Source: Candidatus Azotimanducaceae bacterium
Lineage (GTDB): Bacteria > Pseudomonadota > Gammaproteobacteria > Pseudomonadales > Azotimanducaceae
Direction of reading: 5' to 3'
Length of the DNA: 64,000 nt
Assembly: GCA_965248075.1 (NCBI GenBank)
Contig: CBDFIL010000002.1
Coordinates: 16,223 to 80,222 of the forward strand
Both the position numbers and the translations under genes were made by a program. Positions 1 through 9,625 of the stretch are shown here, piece after piece. The notes beneath the pieces were generated by a model, which worked only from the letters and a program-made list of their open reading frames with translations, had not been told where the DNA came from and searched no databases. How positions within the stretch are numbered: position 1 is the first letter of the stretch; the number at the start of each line of letters is the position of its first letter.

Positions 1-3000
1 CCGCCGCGTCGCTCAGCGCCACCGCGGACCCCGTGCCCGAGGCCGGCGCCGTCTGCGTCCAGGTGTACGTCAGCCCCGCGCCCTCCGGGTCCGAGCTGCC
101 GCTCCCGTCGAGCGTCACCGCCGCCGCCTCGGCCACCGTCTGGGCGGTGCCCGCGTCCGCCGTCGGCGCATCGTTCGTTCCGGCCTCCACCGTGACGTCC
201 ACCGTGGCCGCCGTCGAGGTGTTCGTGCCGTCGTTCACCGTCAGCGAGAACGTCAGCGTCAGATCGCTCAACAGCTGCGTCGGCGCCGTGAAGGTGGGGC
301 TGGCCGCCGCCGCGTCGCTCAGCGCCACCGCGGACCCCGTGCCCGAGGCCGGCGCCGTCTGCGTCCAGGTGTACGTCAGCCCCGCGCCCTCCGGGTCCGA
401 GCTGCCGCTCCCGTCGAGCGTCACCGCCGCCGCCTCGGCCACCGTCTGGGCGGTGCCCGCGTCCGCCGTCGGCGCATCGTTCGTTCCGGCCTCCACCGTG
501 ACGTCCACCGTGGCCGCCGTCGAGGTGTTCGTGCCGTCGTTCACCGTCAGCGAGAACGTCAGCGTCAGATCGCTCAACAGCTGCGTCGGCGCCGTGAAGG
601 TGGGGCTGGCCGCCGCCGCGTCGCTCAGCGCCACCGCGGACCCCGTGCCCGAGGCCGGCGCCGTCTGCGTCCAGGTGTACGTCAGCCCCGCGCCCTCCGG
701 GTCCGAGCTGCCGCTCCCGTCGAGCGTCACCGCCGCCGCCTCGGCCACCGTCTGGGCGGTGCCCGCGTCCGCCGTCGGCGCATCGTTCGTTCCGGCCTCC
801 ACCGTGACGTCCACCGTGGCCGCCGTCGAGGTGTTCGTGCCGTCGTTCACCGTCAGCGAGAACGTCAGCGTCAGATCGCTCAACAGCTGCGTCGGCGCCG
901 TGAAGGTGGGGCTGGCCGCCGCCGCGTCGCTCAGCGCCACCGCGGACCCCGTGCCCGAGGCCGGCGCCGTCTGCGTCCAGGTGTACGTCAGCCCCGCGCC
1001 CTCCGGGTCCGAGCTGCCGCTCCCGTCGAGCGTCACCGCCGCCGCCTCGGCCACCGTCTGGGCGGTGCCCGCGTCCGCCGTCGGCGCATCGTTCGTTCCG
1101 GCCTCCACCGTGACGTCCACCGTGGCCGCCGTCGAGGTGTTCGTGCCGTCGTTCACCGTCAGCGAGAACGTCAGCGTCAGATCGCTCAACAGCTGCGTCG
1201 GCGCCGTGAAGGTGGGGCTGGCCGCCGCCGCGTCGCTCAGCGCCACCGCGGACCCCGTGCCCGAGGCCGGCGCCGTCTGCGTCCAGGTGTACGTCAGCCC
1301 CGCGCCCTCCGGGTCCGAGCTGCCGCTCCCGTCGAGCGTCACCGCCGCCGCCTCGGCCACCGTCTGGGCGGTGCCCGCGTCCGCCGTCGGCGCATCGTTC
1401 GTTCCGGCCTCCACCGTGACGTCCACCGTGGCCGCCGTCGAGGTGTTCGTGCCGTCGTTCACCGTCAGCGAGAACGTCAGCGTCAGATCGCTCAACAGCT
1501 GCGTCGGCGCCGTGAAGGTGGGGCTGGCCGCCGCCGCGTCGCTCAGCGCCACCGCGGACCCCGTGCCCGAGGCCGGCGCCGTCTGCGTCCAGGTGTACGT
1601 CAGCCCCGCGCCCTCCGGGTCCGAGCTGCCGCTCCCGTCGAGCGTCACCGCCGCCGCCTCGGCCACCGTCTGGGCGGTGCCCGCGTCCGCCGTCGGCGCA
1701 TCGTTCGTTCCGGCCTCCACCGTGACGTCCACCGTGGCCGCCGTCGAGGTGTTCGTGCCGTCGTTCACCGTCAGCGAGAACGTCAGCGTCAGATCGCTCA
1801 ACAGCTGCGTCGGCGCCGTGAAGGTGGGGCTGGCCGCCGCCGCGTCGCTCAGCGCCACCGCGGACCCCGTGCCCGAGGCCGGCGCCGTCTGCGTCCAGGT
1901 GTACGTCAGCCCCGCGCCCTCCGGGTCCGAGCTGCCGCTCCCGTCGAGCGTCACCGCCGCCGCCTCGGCCACCGTCTGGGCGGTGCCCGCGTCCGCCGTC
2001 GGCGCATCGTTCGTTCCGGCCTCCACCGTGACGTCCACCGTGGCCGCCGTCGAGGTGTTCGTGCCGTCGTTCACCGTCAGCGAGAACGTCAGCGTCAGAT
2101 CGCTCAACAGCTGCGTCGGCGCCGTGAAGGTGGGGCTGGCCGCCGCCGCGTCGCTCAGCGCCACCGCGGACCCCGTGCCCGAGGCCGGCGCCGTCTGCGT
2201 CCAGGTGTACGTCAGCCCCGCGCCCTCCGGGTCCGAGCTGCCGCTCCCGTCGAGCGTCACCGCCGCCGCCTCGGCCACCGTCTGGGCGGTGCCCGCGTCC
2301 GCCGTCGGCGCATCGTTCGTTCCGGCCTCCACCGTGACGTCCACCGTGGCCGCCGTCGAGGTGTTCGTGCCGTCGTTCACCGTCAGCGAGAACGTCAGCG
2401 TCAGATCGCTCAACAGCTGCGTCGGCGCCGTGAAGGTGGGGCTGGCCGCCGCCGCGTCGCTCAGCGCCACCGCGGACCCCGTGCCCGAGGCCGGCGCCGT
2501 CTGCGTCCAGGTGTACGTCAGCCCCGCGCCCTCCGGGTCCGAGCTGCCGCTCCCGTCGAGCGTCACCGCCGCCGCCTCGGCCACCGTCTGGGCGGTGCCC
2601 GCGTCCGCCGTCGGCGCATCGTTCGTTCCGGCCTCCACCGTGACGTCCACCGTGGCCGCCGTCGAGGTGTTCGTGCCGTCGTTCACCGTCAGCGAGAACG
2701 TCAGCGTCAGATCGCTCAACAGCTGCGTCGGCGCCGTGAAGGTGGGGCTGGCCGCCGCCGCGTCGCTCAGCGCCACCGCGGACCCCGTGCCCGAGGCCGG
2801 CGCCGTCTGCGTCCAGGTGTACGTCAGCCCCGCGCCCTCCGGGTCCGAGCTGCCGCTCCCGTCGAGCGTCACCGCCGCCGCCTCGGCCACCGTCTGGGCG
2901 GTGCCCGCGTCCGCCGTCGGCGCATCGTTCGTTCCGGCCTCCACCGTGACGTCCACCGTGGCCGCCGTCGAGGTGTTCGTGCCGTCGTTCACCGTCAGCG

Positions 3001-3845
3001 AGAACGTCAGCGTCAGATCGCTCAACAGCTGCGTCGGCGCCGTGAAGGTGGGGCTGGCCGCCGCCGCGTCGCTCAGCGCCACCGCGGACCCCGTGCCCGA
3101 GGCCGGCGCCGTCTGCGTCCAGGTGTACGTCAGCCCCGCGCCCTCCGGGTCCGAGCTGCCGCTCCCGTCGAGCGTCACCGCCGCCGCCTCGGCCACCGTC
3201 TGGGCGGTGCCCGCGTCCGCCGTCGGCGCATCGTTCGTTCCGGCCTCCACCGTGACGTCCACCGTGGCCGCCGTCGAGGTGTTCGTGCCGTCGTTCACCG
3301 TCAGCGAGAACGTCAGCGTCAGATCGCTCAACAGCTGCGTCGGCGCCGTGAAGGTGGGGCTGGCCGCCGCCGCGTCGCTCAGCGCCACCGCGGACCCCGT
3401 GCCCGAGGCCGGCGCCGTCTGCGTCCAGGTGTACGTCAGCGCCGCGCCCTCCGGGTCCGAGCTGCCGCTCCCGTCGAGCGTCACCGCCGCCGCCTCGGCC
3501 ACCGTCTGGGCGGTGCCCGCGTCCGCCGTCGGCGCATCGTTCGTTCCGGCCTCCACCGTGACGTCCACCGTGGCCGCCGTCGAGGTGTTCGTGCCGTCGT
3601 TCACCGTCAGCGAGAACGTCAGCGTCAGATCGCTCAACAGCTGCGTCGGCGCCGTGAAGGTGGGGCTGGCCGCCGCCGCGTCGCTCAGCGCCACCGCGGA
3701 CCCCGTGCCCGAGGCCGGCGCCGTCTGCGTCCAGGTGTACGTCAGCGCCGCGCCCTCCGGGTCCGAGCTGCCGCTGCCGTCGAGCGTCACCGCCGCCGCC
3801 TCGGCCACCGTCTGGGCGGTGCCCGCGTCCGCCGTCGGCGCATCG
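1..3845 (-). repeat. Tandem array of 306-bp (102-codon) units: 12 complete copies plus a partial 13th; array continues past the left window edge
   Basis: The unit beginning ccgccgcgtcgctcagcgcc recurs at 1, 307, 613 ... 3673 with a constant 306-bp period. Copies look identical by eye except C>G at 3441 and 3747 and C>G at 3776. Similarity ends near 3845. Confidence 0.97.
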
Positions 3846-4396
3846 TCCACCCCGGTCACGGTAACGGAGACGTCCAGCCTGCCTGCTTCACTGCCGTCGG
3901 TCGCCACCGCCGTTACCTCATAGATGTTGTCGGTGTCGGCGTCGGTCGCATTCTCGTGGTCGGGAGGGCTAGCGAAGCTCAGGGCGCCGCCAGTGCTGAT
4001 GTTGAAAGCGCTGCTGTCAGCTCCCTCCAAGGTCCACGTCACGGTTTCGCTGGTCGTGTAGGTCGCCACCGTCCCGGTGCCGTTCTCCGCGTACTGGACC
4101 GCTGTCGATCCGCTCACCGCCGGCTCGTCGGTCACGGTGACGGTGACGTTCTTCGAAACGAGGGTCTGGCCTGCCTCGACAAGTTCCAGCGTGAACTTGT
4201 ATTCGTTGTTGGCGTTGGCGTCGTCCGGATCCTCGTAGTCGGGAGAGTCTTCGAAGACCACGGACAGGCTCATGCTTCCATCCGCCGCGTACGTTTGCAA
4301 GACCGAGAAGTCGTCTTCGTCAGCTCCCGACACATCAAAACCCAACAAGGAAATGTCGTCATAGACGACAGGGTAGCTCCCGACTTCTACAATTTT
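1..4396 (-). CDS. Giant repetitive surface adhesin, distal part (3' end outside window): two cadherin-like modules followed by >=12.5 PKD-type Ig-like repeats
   Basis: The minus-strand frame is open from ~4396 to base 1; it is missing from the ORF track only because no stop lies in the window. Hand translation gives ...ALSFASPPDHENATDADTDNIYEVTAVATDG..., then per repeat VTLDGSGSSDPEGAGLTYTWTQTAPASGT...LTFSLTVNDGTNTSTAATVDVTVEAGTNDAPTADAG. DGSGSSDP..Y.W is a PKD-type signature. Confidence 0.85.
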
Positions 4397-5012
4397 CTGA
4401 TGTGTTCTCCGCCCATTGGATCTGTGTATCTCCGTTGATCTGCGGCGGGGCGTACAAATACGCGTAAAAGCTCCGATCGTGATCCAATTCAACGTTGTTA
4501 GGAAACGTGGCCTCCGCATTTACCTCGTTCTCTCCATGGGTAATATAAGTCGCATTGGTGCCCACGGTCACCGACCACCACCATACTCCGCTTTCCTGGG
4601 TATTCGAGGTCGTTTGCCACGTATTCGTGCCGAGCGTCACATCGACAGTTATGCCTTGCTCGGTACCCGTGTTGCCAGTGATGTTGAACCCGTCCGAATA
4701 CTCCGAGGCGTCGACAATGTCATTGCCGGCAATAGGGCTTATGGTCAATGTGTACGCGAAAGCCTCGGTCGGCCAGGCGAGCCAGGCCAAACAGGCAACG
4801 GCGGCCAACACGGCCACGCCCCCCGAGCCGCGACGGCGGCGCTTGGGGATATGGTCTTTGGGAACCAGCCCCACCGGTGGACCAGGATCGAGAGCGCCGT
4901 CCCTTTGGGCCGCCGAGCGGGACTGGCCCGCTTCGGCATCCGGTCTCGATCGGGTCGACTGGCTCATGCGAGGCGGGTACGACAAATCAACGGCACGGGT
5001 TGGTCCGGGCAT
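4359..5012 (-). CDS. N-terminal segment of the same adhesin (hydrophobic signal/anchor helix plus Ig-like prefix domain), cut off from the rest by a 1-nt frameshift
   Basis: ORF track 217 aa with GGVAVLAAVACLAWLAWPTEAFA, then YTLTISPIAGNDIVDASEYSDGFNITGNTGTEQGITVDVTLGTNTWQTT..GVWWWSVTV (the style of RTX/Bap-type adhesin Ig domains). It ends ...QIQWAENTSE, then junk and a stop. The next frame continues IVEVGSYPVVYDD... (cadherin-like). Confidence 0.75.
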   Translation of the reverse strand: MPGPTRAVDLSYPPRMSQSTRSRPDAEAGQSRSAAQRDGALDPGPPVGLVPKDHIPKRRRRGSGGVAVLAAVACLAWLAWPTEAFAYTLTISPIAGNDIVDASEYSDGFNITGNTGTEQGITVDVTLGTNTWQTTSNTQESGVWWWSVTVGTNATYITHGENEVNAEATFPNNVELDHDRSFYAYLYAPPQINGDTQIQWAENTSENCRSRELPCRL

Positions 5013-5332
5013 CAGGCAATCACCGTGACGGCCACCGTGTCCGCCGTCGATGTGTTCGTCTCGTCGTCCACTGTCAGCGAGAACGTCAACGTCACATCGT
5101 TCAACAGCTGCGTCGGCGCGGCGAAGGTGGGGCTGGCCACCGTCGTGTCGCTCAGCTCCAACGCGGACTCCGTGCCCGAGGCCGGCACCGTCTGCGTCCA
5201 GGTATACCTCAGCGTGTCGCCGTCCGGGTTTAAGCTGCCGGTCCCGTCTAGAACGTTACCGTCGCCTGGGGCAGCCTCGAGGTTCGTGGGGGCGGGCGGG
5301 ACGAGAGCGTACCCTAAGACGTCGATTTTCAT
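5012..5332 (-). CDS. Small (106 aa) single PKD-like domain protein, a diverged copy of the adhesin repeat unit
   Basis: ORF track: ...VLDGTGSLNPDGDTLRYTWTQTVPASGTESALELSDTTVASPTFAAPTQLLNDVTLTFSLTVDDETNTSTADTVAVTVIA. It aligns along the whole 102-aa repeat. Its stop overlaps the adhesin ATG by 1 nt (TGATG at 5012). Confidence 0.6.
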   Translation of the reverse strand: MKIDVLGYALVPPAPTNLEAAPGDGNVLDGTGSLNPDGDTLRYTWTQTVPASGTESALELSDTTVASPTFAAPTQLLNDVTLTFSLTVDDETNTSTADTVAVTVIA

Positions 5333-5392
5333 CGAGTCTGTATAGTTCCCGGTTCCGCCAGACGGGCGCGTGTGGCGTTGATTGGCGATGCT

Positions 5393-5908
5393 TCACCGTG
5401 TGGCTGCGCCGGAGTTATCAGCGGTGCTTGTCGTCAAGTTCCATCTGGGGATAGTTCCGTTGTCGGTATAGGCCATGTGCACGAAGTATTGGGAGTTGCC
5501 ATTCAGACGGGCGCCAAAAGGGGCGTTGAACTTCTTGATGCCCGCAGTCCCCAGGTTGGGGTTGGTCAAGGTGTGTGAGACCGTGTTGCTCGGGTCGCCG
5601 GATTCGTCGCCCCTCACCGTTACCGTCAGGGTGATGCCACTAATCGGAGCCCGCTGCATGTCCAACGTGATGGCGTTGAGGGAGTACTTCAGATGCTGGC
5701 CCGTCGTGAAGCCCTGCGCGCAGTCTTGTTGCGCGCAGGCTGTCCTACCGGAAGTGGTTTGGTCCTGGGTGCTCACGGCCGAGGGCTGGGCTTGTGTTGG
5801 CGCCGAAAAGTCGAGCAGCGCGACGGCGCCAAGGAGTGCGCCGACGGACGTCAGCGGTGGGAAGGTCCGGGACTGGCTTCGCCCTCGTGGGCGCCGGGGG
5901 AGGTGCAT
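5393..5908 (-). CDS. Secreted hypothetical protein (171 aa)
   Basis: Signal-peptide-like N-terminus (LTSVGALLGAVALLDFSAPTQA) and a beta-rich, protein-like composition. Same strand as the adhesin cluster and just upstream of it. No family recognised. Confidence 0.5.
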   Translation of the reverse strand: MHLPRRPRGRSQSRTFPPLTSVGALLGAVALLDFSAPTQAQPSAVSTQDQTTSGRTACAQQDCAQGFTTGQHLKYSLNAITLDMQRAPISGITLTVTVRGDESGDPSNTVSHTLTNPNLGTAGIKKFNAPFGARLNGNSQYFVHMAYTDNGTIPRWNLTTSTADNSGAATR

Positions 5909-6575
5909 GTTTCGTTCGCTCTTGAGTTCGGCCGGTGGTGAACTCCGCGTTGGGGAATGGGTTGCGTGAGCCTCCGCCGGCGGGCCCGAATCTCCGTTAA
6001 GCCAATTCAGTCTTCCTCAGCAGCCATCCTTGCCGCACAATTTGACAGCGACATTTCCGACGACTAAAGTGTCGATCGGAGGCAAGCCGTTCGTGGCCGG
6101 CGACAGCGGGCGTCGTTACTCTGGACGGTACCCGAACCATCCTGAGTCGTTCAATGCGAGTCGTCCCGACCGTGTGGGCTCACGCGAACTCCGGGCGTGC
6201 TCTCCGCGTCGCTGGCCACCTCTACCGAGGGGATCTTGCTATCGCCGTCGCCGGGCTACGAATTCACGTGCCTCCATCCCAAATCGATCGAAGCCGCATG
6301 TCCGGAGACTATCAGATCTTTGGCCGGAGCGCGCGGTGTAGCCTTGTCCAACGGAAAGTGAGCATCCATGGCTGCAAGCGGCAAGCTTGCGAGGGTGTCC
6401 ATCCGAGATGGCGTTCTTCACTCGAGGTCTCGGTGATGCACCCTGTCGGGACGTGGATCGCTGGACCGCACCGACGGACCCGCCAGTCATCGGCGGGCAG
6501 GGTCCGGGTCATCCGGCCACGCCGACGCCGCTCAGCGATGCCAGGTGGCGGGACCGACTGCTATGCTGGCGCCCC

Positions 6576-7112
6576 ATGGCCCTCATCCCGCACGATTGGC
6601 GGCCTGCCGCGGCCACCCTGGTTTTCGTGGAACCCGGCAATGGAGTGCTCCTCATCCGCAAGAAACGCGGCCACGGTGCGGGCAAGGTGAATGCACCGGG
6701 CGGTCGCCTGGAGCGCGGGGAGACCCCGGCAGAATGTGCGTGGCGCGAGGTACGCGAGGAGGTCGGGTTGCGTTGCGGGACGTTGGTGCCGGCCGCACAC
6801 CTTCGGTTCCATGATCGCGCGGACGGTTACGATGTTCGGGGCTTCGTCTTTCGCACGAACGCCTTCGATGGCACGCCCGTCGAGACGGATGAGGCCGAAC
6901 CCTTCTGGTGCGCGTGGGACGTGGTCCCGTACGGAGAGATGTGGCAGGCGGACCGTTACTGGCTGCCATGGGTGCGCGCGCATGAATCGGTCCGAGGCGA
7001 CTTCGTCTTCGAGCGCGAGGATCTGGTGTGCCGTTCGGTACGTCCGGTCGCCGCCGGTGCCGAGCGCCGCTTCCTGGTGGACTTCGGTATGGCAGAGGAC
7101 TCGGTGACGTGA
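6576..7112 (+). CDS. NUDIX hydrolase (MutT/MTH1-like)
   Basis: Nudix box GGRLERGETPAECAWREVREEVGL, and a C-terminal MWQADRYWLPWV motif resembling MTH1-type enzymes. Start chosen at ATG 6576 (MALIPHDW) inside the longer ORF 6387..7112. Confidence 0.88.
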   Translation: MALIPHDWRPAAATLVFVEPGNGVLLIRKKRGHGAGKVNAPGGRLERGETPAECAWREVREEVGLRCGTLVPAAHLRFHDRADGYDVRGFVFRTNAFDGTPVETDEAEPFWCAWDVVPYGEMWQADRYWLPWVRAHESVRGDFVFEREDLVCRSVRPVAAGAERRFLVDFGMAEDSVT

Positions 7113-7469
7113 AGATCGGTATTTCCATTGCGAGCGCTTATGGGGTCGACGATGCCCGCACGGGCGCGCGGTACATGGTGGAGCGTGCACGCGGCCCACG
7201 CGCGTCCGGACTTCACTCGCTGTTCGTCGGCGACCACCACGCGACACCGGCGCCTTACTACCAGAACTCTTCCGTACATCGAGCGGCGCTATCGCGGCTT
7301 CGATCCGGCGGCGCTGGTGATCGGGGATGTCTCCGAGGTCTCGGACCGGCTTGCGACCTACGCCGACTTGGGATTCACCGACGTCCTCATCCGCAATATC
7401 ACGAGCGACCAGGGGCAGGCGCTGGCGACTATCGAACGCCTGGCGCAGGTGCGGGAACGATTGGCGTGA
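7109..7469 (+). pseudogene. Relic of a luciferase-like (LLM class) flavin/F420-dependent oxidoreductase: N- and C-terminal pieces joined out of frame, middle missing
   Basis: Frame of ORF 7028: VKIGISIASAYGVDDARTGARYMVERA...GLHSLFVGDHHATPAPYYQNS (LLM N-terminus). Frame of ORF 7128: ...RYRGFDPAALVIGDVSEVSDRLATYADLGFTDVLIRNITSDQGQALATIERLAQV (LLM C-terminus). Together only ~120 aa, against roughly 300 aa for typical members. Confidence 0.7.
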
Positions 7470-7494
7470 AGTTCTCCGATGAGGTGGCTGCGCC

Positions 7495-8691
7495 GTGACG
7501 AGACCCGTCATCGAGGCGCTGGAGCAGAACGGCATCACTCGGGTCGCGTTCGAGCGCCTGGGCGATCCCAAGGTCATCCCCCTCTGGTTCGGCGAGGGCG
7601 ACACGACCACGCCGGCCTTCATTCGCGAGGCGGCCAAGAGGGCGCTCGACGAAGGACAGACGTTCTATACGCATACCCGCGGCACGCCCGTTCTGCGCGA
7701 GGCCATCAAACGCTATCTGGACGCCCTCTACGGACTCGACCTCGACCCCGACCGGATCAGCGTTCCCGGCTCCGCGATGATGGGGGTCACCATCGCCGCG
7801 CAGATGGCGGTGACGACCGGGGACCGCGCCCTGATCGTGAGCCCGCATTGGCCAAACATCGAGATCACGTATCGGGTGGCAGGCGCCGCAGTGGATGTCG
7901 TGCGCCAGCGCGAGACGGAGCATGGCTGGGCGCTGAGCGCTGCCGAGATCATCGCTGCCGTGCGCCCCGGCACGCGCTCGATGTTCGTCAACTCGCCGTG
8001 CAACCCGACCGGTTGGGTCATCCAACGCGACGAGCAGGAGGCGTTGCTCGCGTTCTGCCGCGAACGCGGCATCCTGCTGATCGCCGACGAGGTCTATCAC
8101 CGGACCTTCTTCGACGGCCCGCATGCTCCGTCCTTCCTGGAAGTGGCGCGCGACGACGACCCGGTGGTGGTGGTCAACGGCTTCTCCGAGGCCTGGGCGA
8201 TGACCGGCTGGCGGGTCGGCTGGGTCGTCGCGTCCCCACGGCTCTGTACGGCTTGGACGGCGATGTCGGAGTGCTTCAACACCGGGGCGACGGTGTTCGC
8301 CCAAGCCGGCGGCGTTGCGGCGCTCGAGGGCGGCGAGAAGACCGTGGCAAACCTCCGCGAGCAATACCGCGGCGGTCGCGCCATCGTCGAACGCTGGCTG
8401 TGTGGGCATCCCCTGATCGACCTGCTCGCACCGGCAGGGGCGTTCTACGCCTTTCCGCGGGTACGGGGACTGGCCGACAGTCTCGCCTTCGTCCAGGGTG
8501 TGCTCGCGGAGGAGGACGTGGGCCTTGCGCCGGGATATGCATTCGGCCCGGGCAACGGGGCGCACTTTCGGCTCTGTTTCGCGCAGTCCCACGAACGGCT
8601 CGAAGAGGGATTGCGCCGGGTGCTGCGCTACCTGGAGCGGCACGCGAACGCACGACCGGCTGGGACGGACCTCTTGATGGGCGGGCCTTGA
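7495..8691 (+). CDS. Class I/II PLP-dependent aminotransferase homolog (aspartate/aromatic aminotransferase-like)
   Basis: NSPCNPTGWV and NGFSEAWAMTGWRVGW motifs, 398 aa. The residue aligned with the Schiff-base Lys is Glu (GAG 8188-8190); see findings. Confidence 0.88.
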   Translation: MTRPVIEALEQNGITRVAFERLGDPKVIPLWFGEGDTTTPAFIREAAKRALDEGQTFYTHTRGTPVLREAIKRYLDALYGLDLDPDRISVPGSAMMGVTIAAQMAVTTGDRALIVSPHWPNIEITYRVAGAAVDVVRQRETEHGWALSAAEIIAAVRPGTRSMFVNSPCNPTGWVIQRDEQEALLAFCRERGILLIADEVYHRTFFDGPHAPSFLEVARDDDPVVVVNGFSEAWAMTGWRVGWVVASPRLCTAWTAMSECFNTGATVFAQAGGVAALEGGEKTVANLREQYRGGRAIVERWLCGHPLIDLLAPAGAFYAFPRVRGLADSLAFVQGVLAEEDVGLAPGYAFGPGNGAHFRLCFAQSHERLEEGLRRVLRYLERHANARPAGTDLLMGGP

Positions 8692-8882
8692 TGCAGGGAG
8701 AGAAGCGATGGCTCGTCACGGGCGTCCTCGGGCCGTGCTCGCGGGTTTGGAAGAGTGGCCACTCCCGGCACTCCGCTCCGGCCGGTGTGGCGACCGTCGA
8801 CCTGCTCGTCCCGCTGCCCTGAGCGCTACTCCTCGCCGGTTGGCCGCCGCTCCGCCCGGCGCTATGCTCCCGGGCTCCTCTC

Positions 8883-9557
8883 TTGCGGAGTGTCCTGGTG
8901 AACCGAATCCTGCTCTCGGCTGTCGCGGCGATGTTGGCCGTGGCCTCCGTTCACGCTGCCGAGATTGCTCTGGACGATCTGGGGGCACTGCAGTTTCGTC
9001 ATGCTGCGGGGAGCTTCACAACCTTCAAGGGCCATCCGGCCCTGCAGGTCGTTGGGCCGATGACTCGCGCCGAGGACAAGCTGGTTCTCGTGGGGGCGGA
9101 ACTTGCGAACGGCACGATCGAAGTCGAGCTGTCCGGGGGCGTCCAGAAGGGTGCAGTGGCCGCTGCACGGGGATTCGTGGGCCTCGCCTTCCACGTCCAG
9201 GAGGGTGGCGAGAGATTCGAGGCGTTTTATCTGCGCCCGACGAACGGCCGTGCCGAGGACCAGGAACGGCGCAACCATTCGAGCCAGTACATCTCGTTTC
9301 CGGACCATCCCTGGCGCCAGCTGCGCGAGGCGACGCCGGGCAGGTACGAGGCCTACGTGGATCTCCTGCCGGACGAGTGGACCCGCGTCAAGATTACGAT
9401 GAGCGACGCACGGGCCCGGCTGTTCGTGCATGGGAACGAACAGCCGACGCTGGTCGTCAACGACCTGAAGTTGGGTGAGACCTCCGGCGGCGTGGCCCTG
9501 TGGGTCGGGCCGGGGACAGTCGCACACTTCAGGGATTTGCGGGTGACCGCGGACTGA
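8883..9557 (+). CDS. Secreted concanavalin-A-like/DUF1080-like (3-keto-disaccharide hydrolase fold) protein
   Basis: Signal peptide ILLSAVAAMLAVASVHA. The C-terminal ...LFVHGNEQPTLVVNDLKLGETSGGVALWVGPGTVAHFRDLRV is typical of DUF1080-type jelly-roll proteins. The ORF-track start at 8883 is TTG; GTG 8898 is an alternative. Confidence 0.7.
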   Translation: MRSVLVNRILLSAVAAMLAVASVHAAEIALDDLGALQFRHAAGSFTTFKGHPALQVVGPMTRAEDKLVLVGAELANGTIEVELSGGVQKGAVAAARGFVGLAFHVQEGGERFEAFYLRPTNGRAEDQERRNHSSQYISFPDHPWRQLREATPGRYEAYVDLLPDEWTRVKITMSDARARLFVHGNEQPTLVVNDLKLGETSGGVALWVGPGTVAHFRDLRVTAD

Positions 9558-9625
9558 GTGGCTGTCGTGGGCCAACGCGGGCGCGCCGACCCCAGTCGGC
9601 TCAGACGCGTCACGATCCGGCGCTG

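Noticed and set aside
33-3923. 1296-aa plus-strand ORF covering the tandem repeats
   Set aside because: It is the antisense shadow of the array. Its A/V/S/P-rich product has no recognisable motif, whereas the minus strand gives textbook PKD (DGSGSSDP..Y.W) and cadherin-like modules. The minus strand is also contiguous with a signal-peptide-bearing N-terminus.
5909-6575. ORFs 6030..6341, 6154..6690, 6239..6490 and 6312..6512 in the long intergenic region upstream of the adhesin cluster
   Set aside because: They are mutually overlapping, Arg-rich and without motifs or ribosome-binding sites. The region more likely holds regulatory sequence for the divergent adhesin cluster and the NUDIX gene, but I could not define sites.
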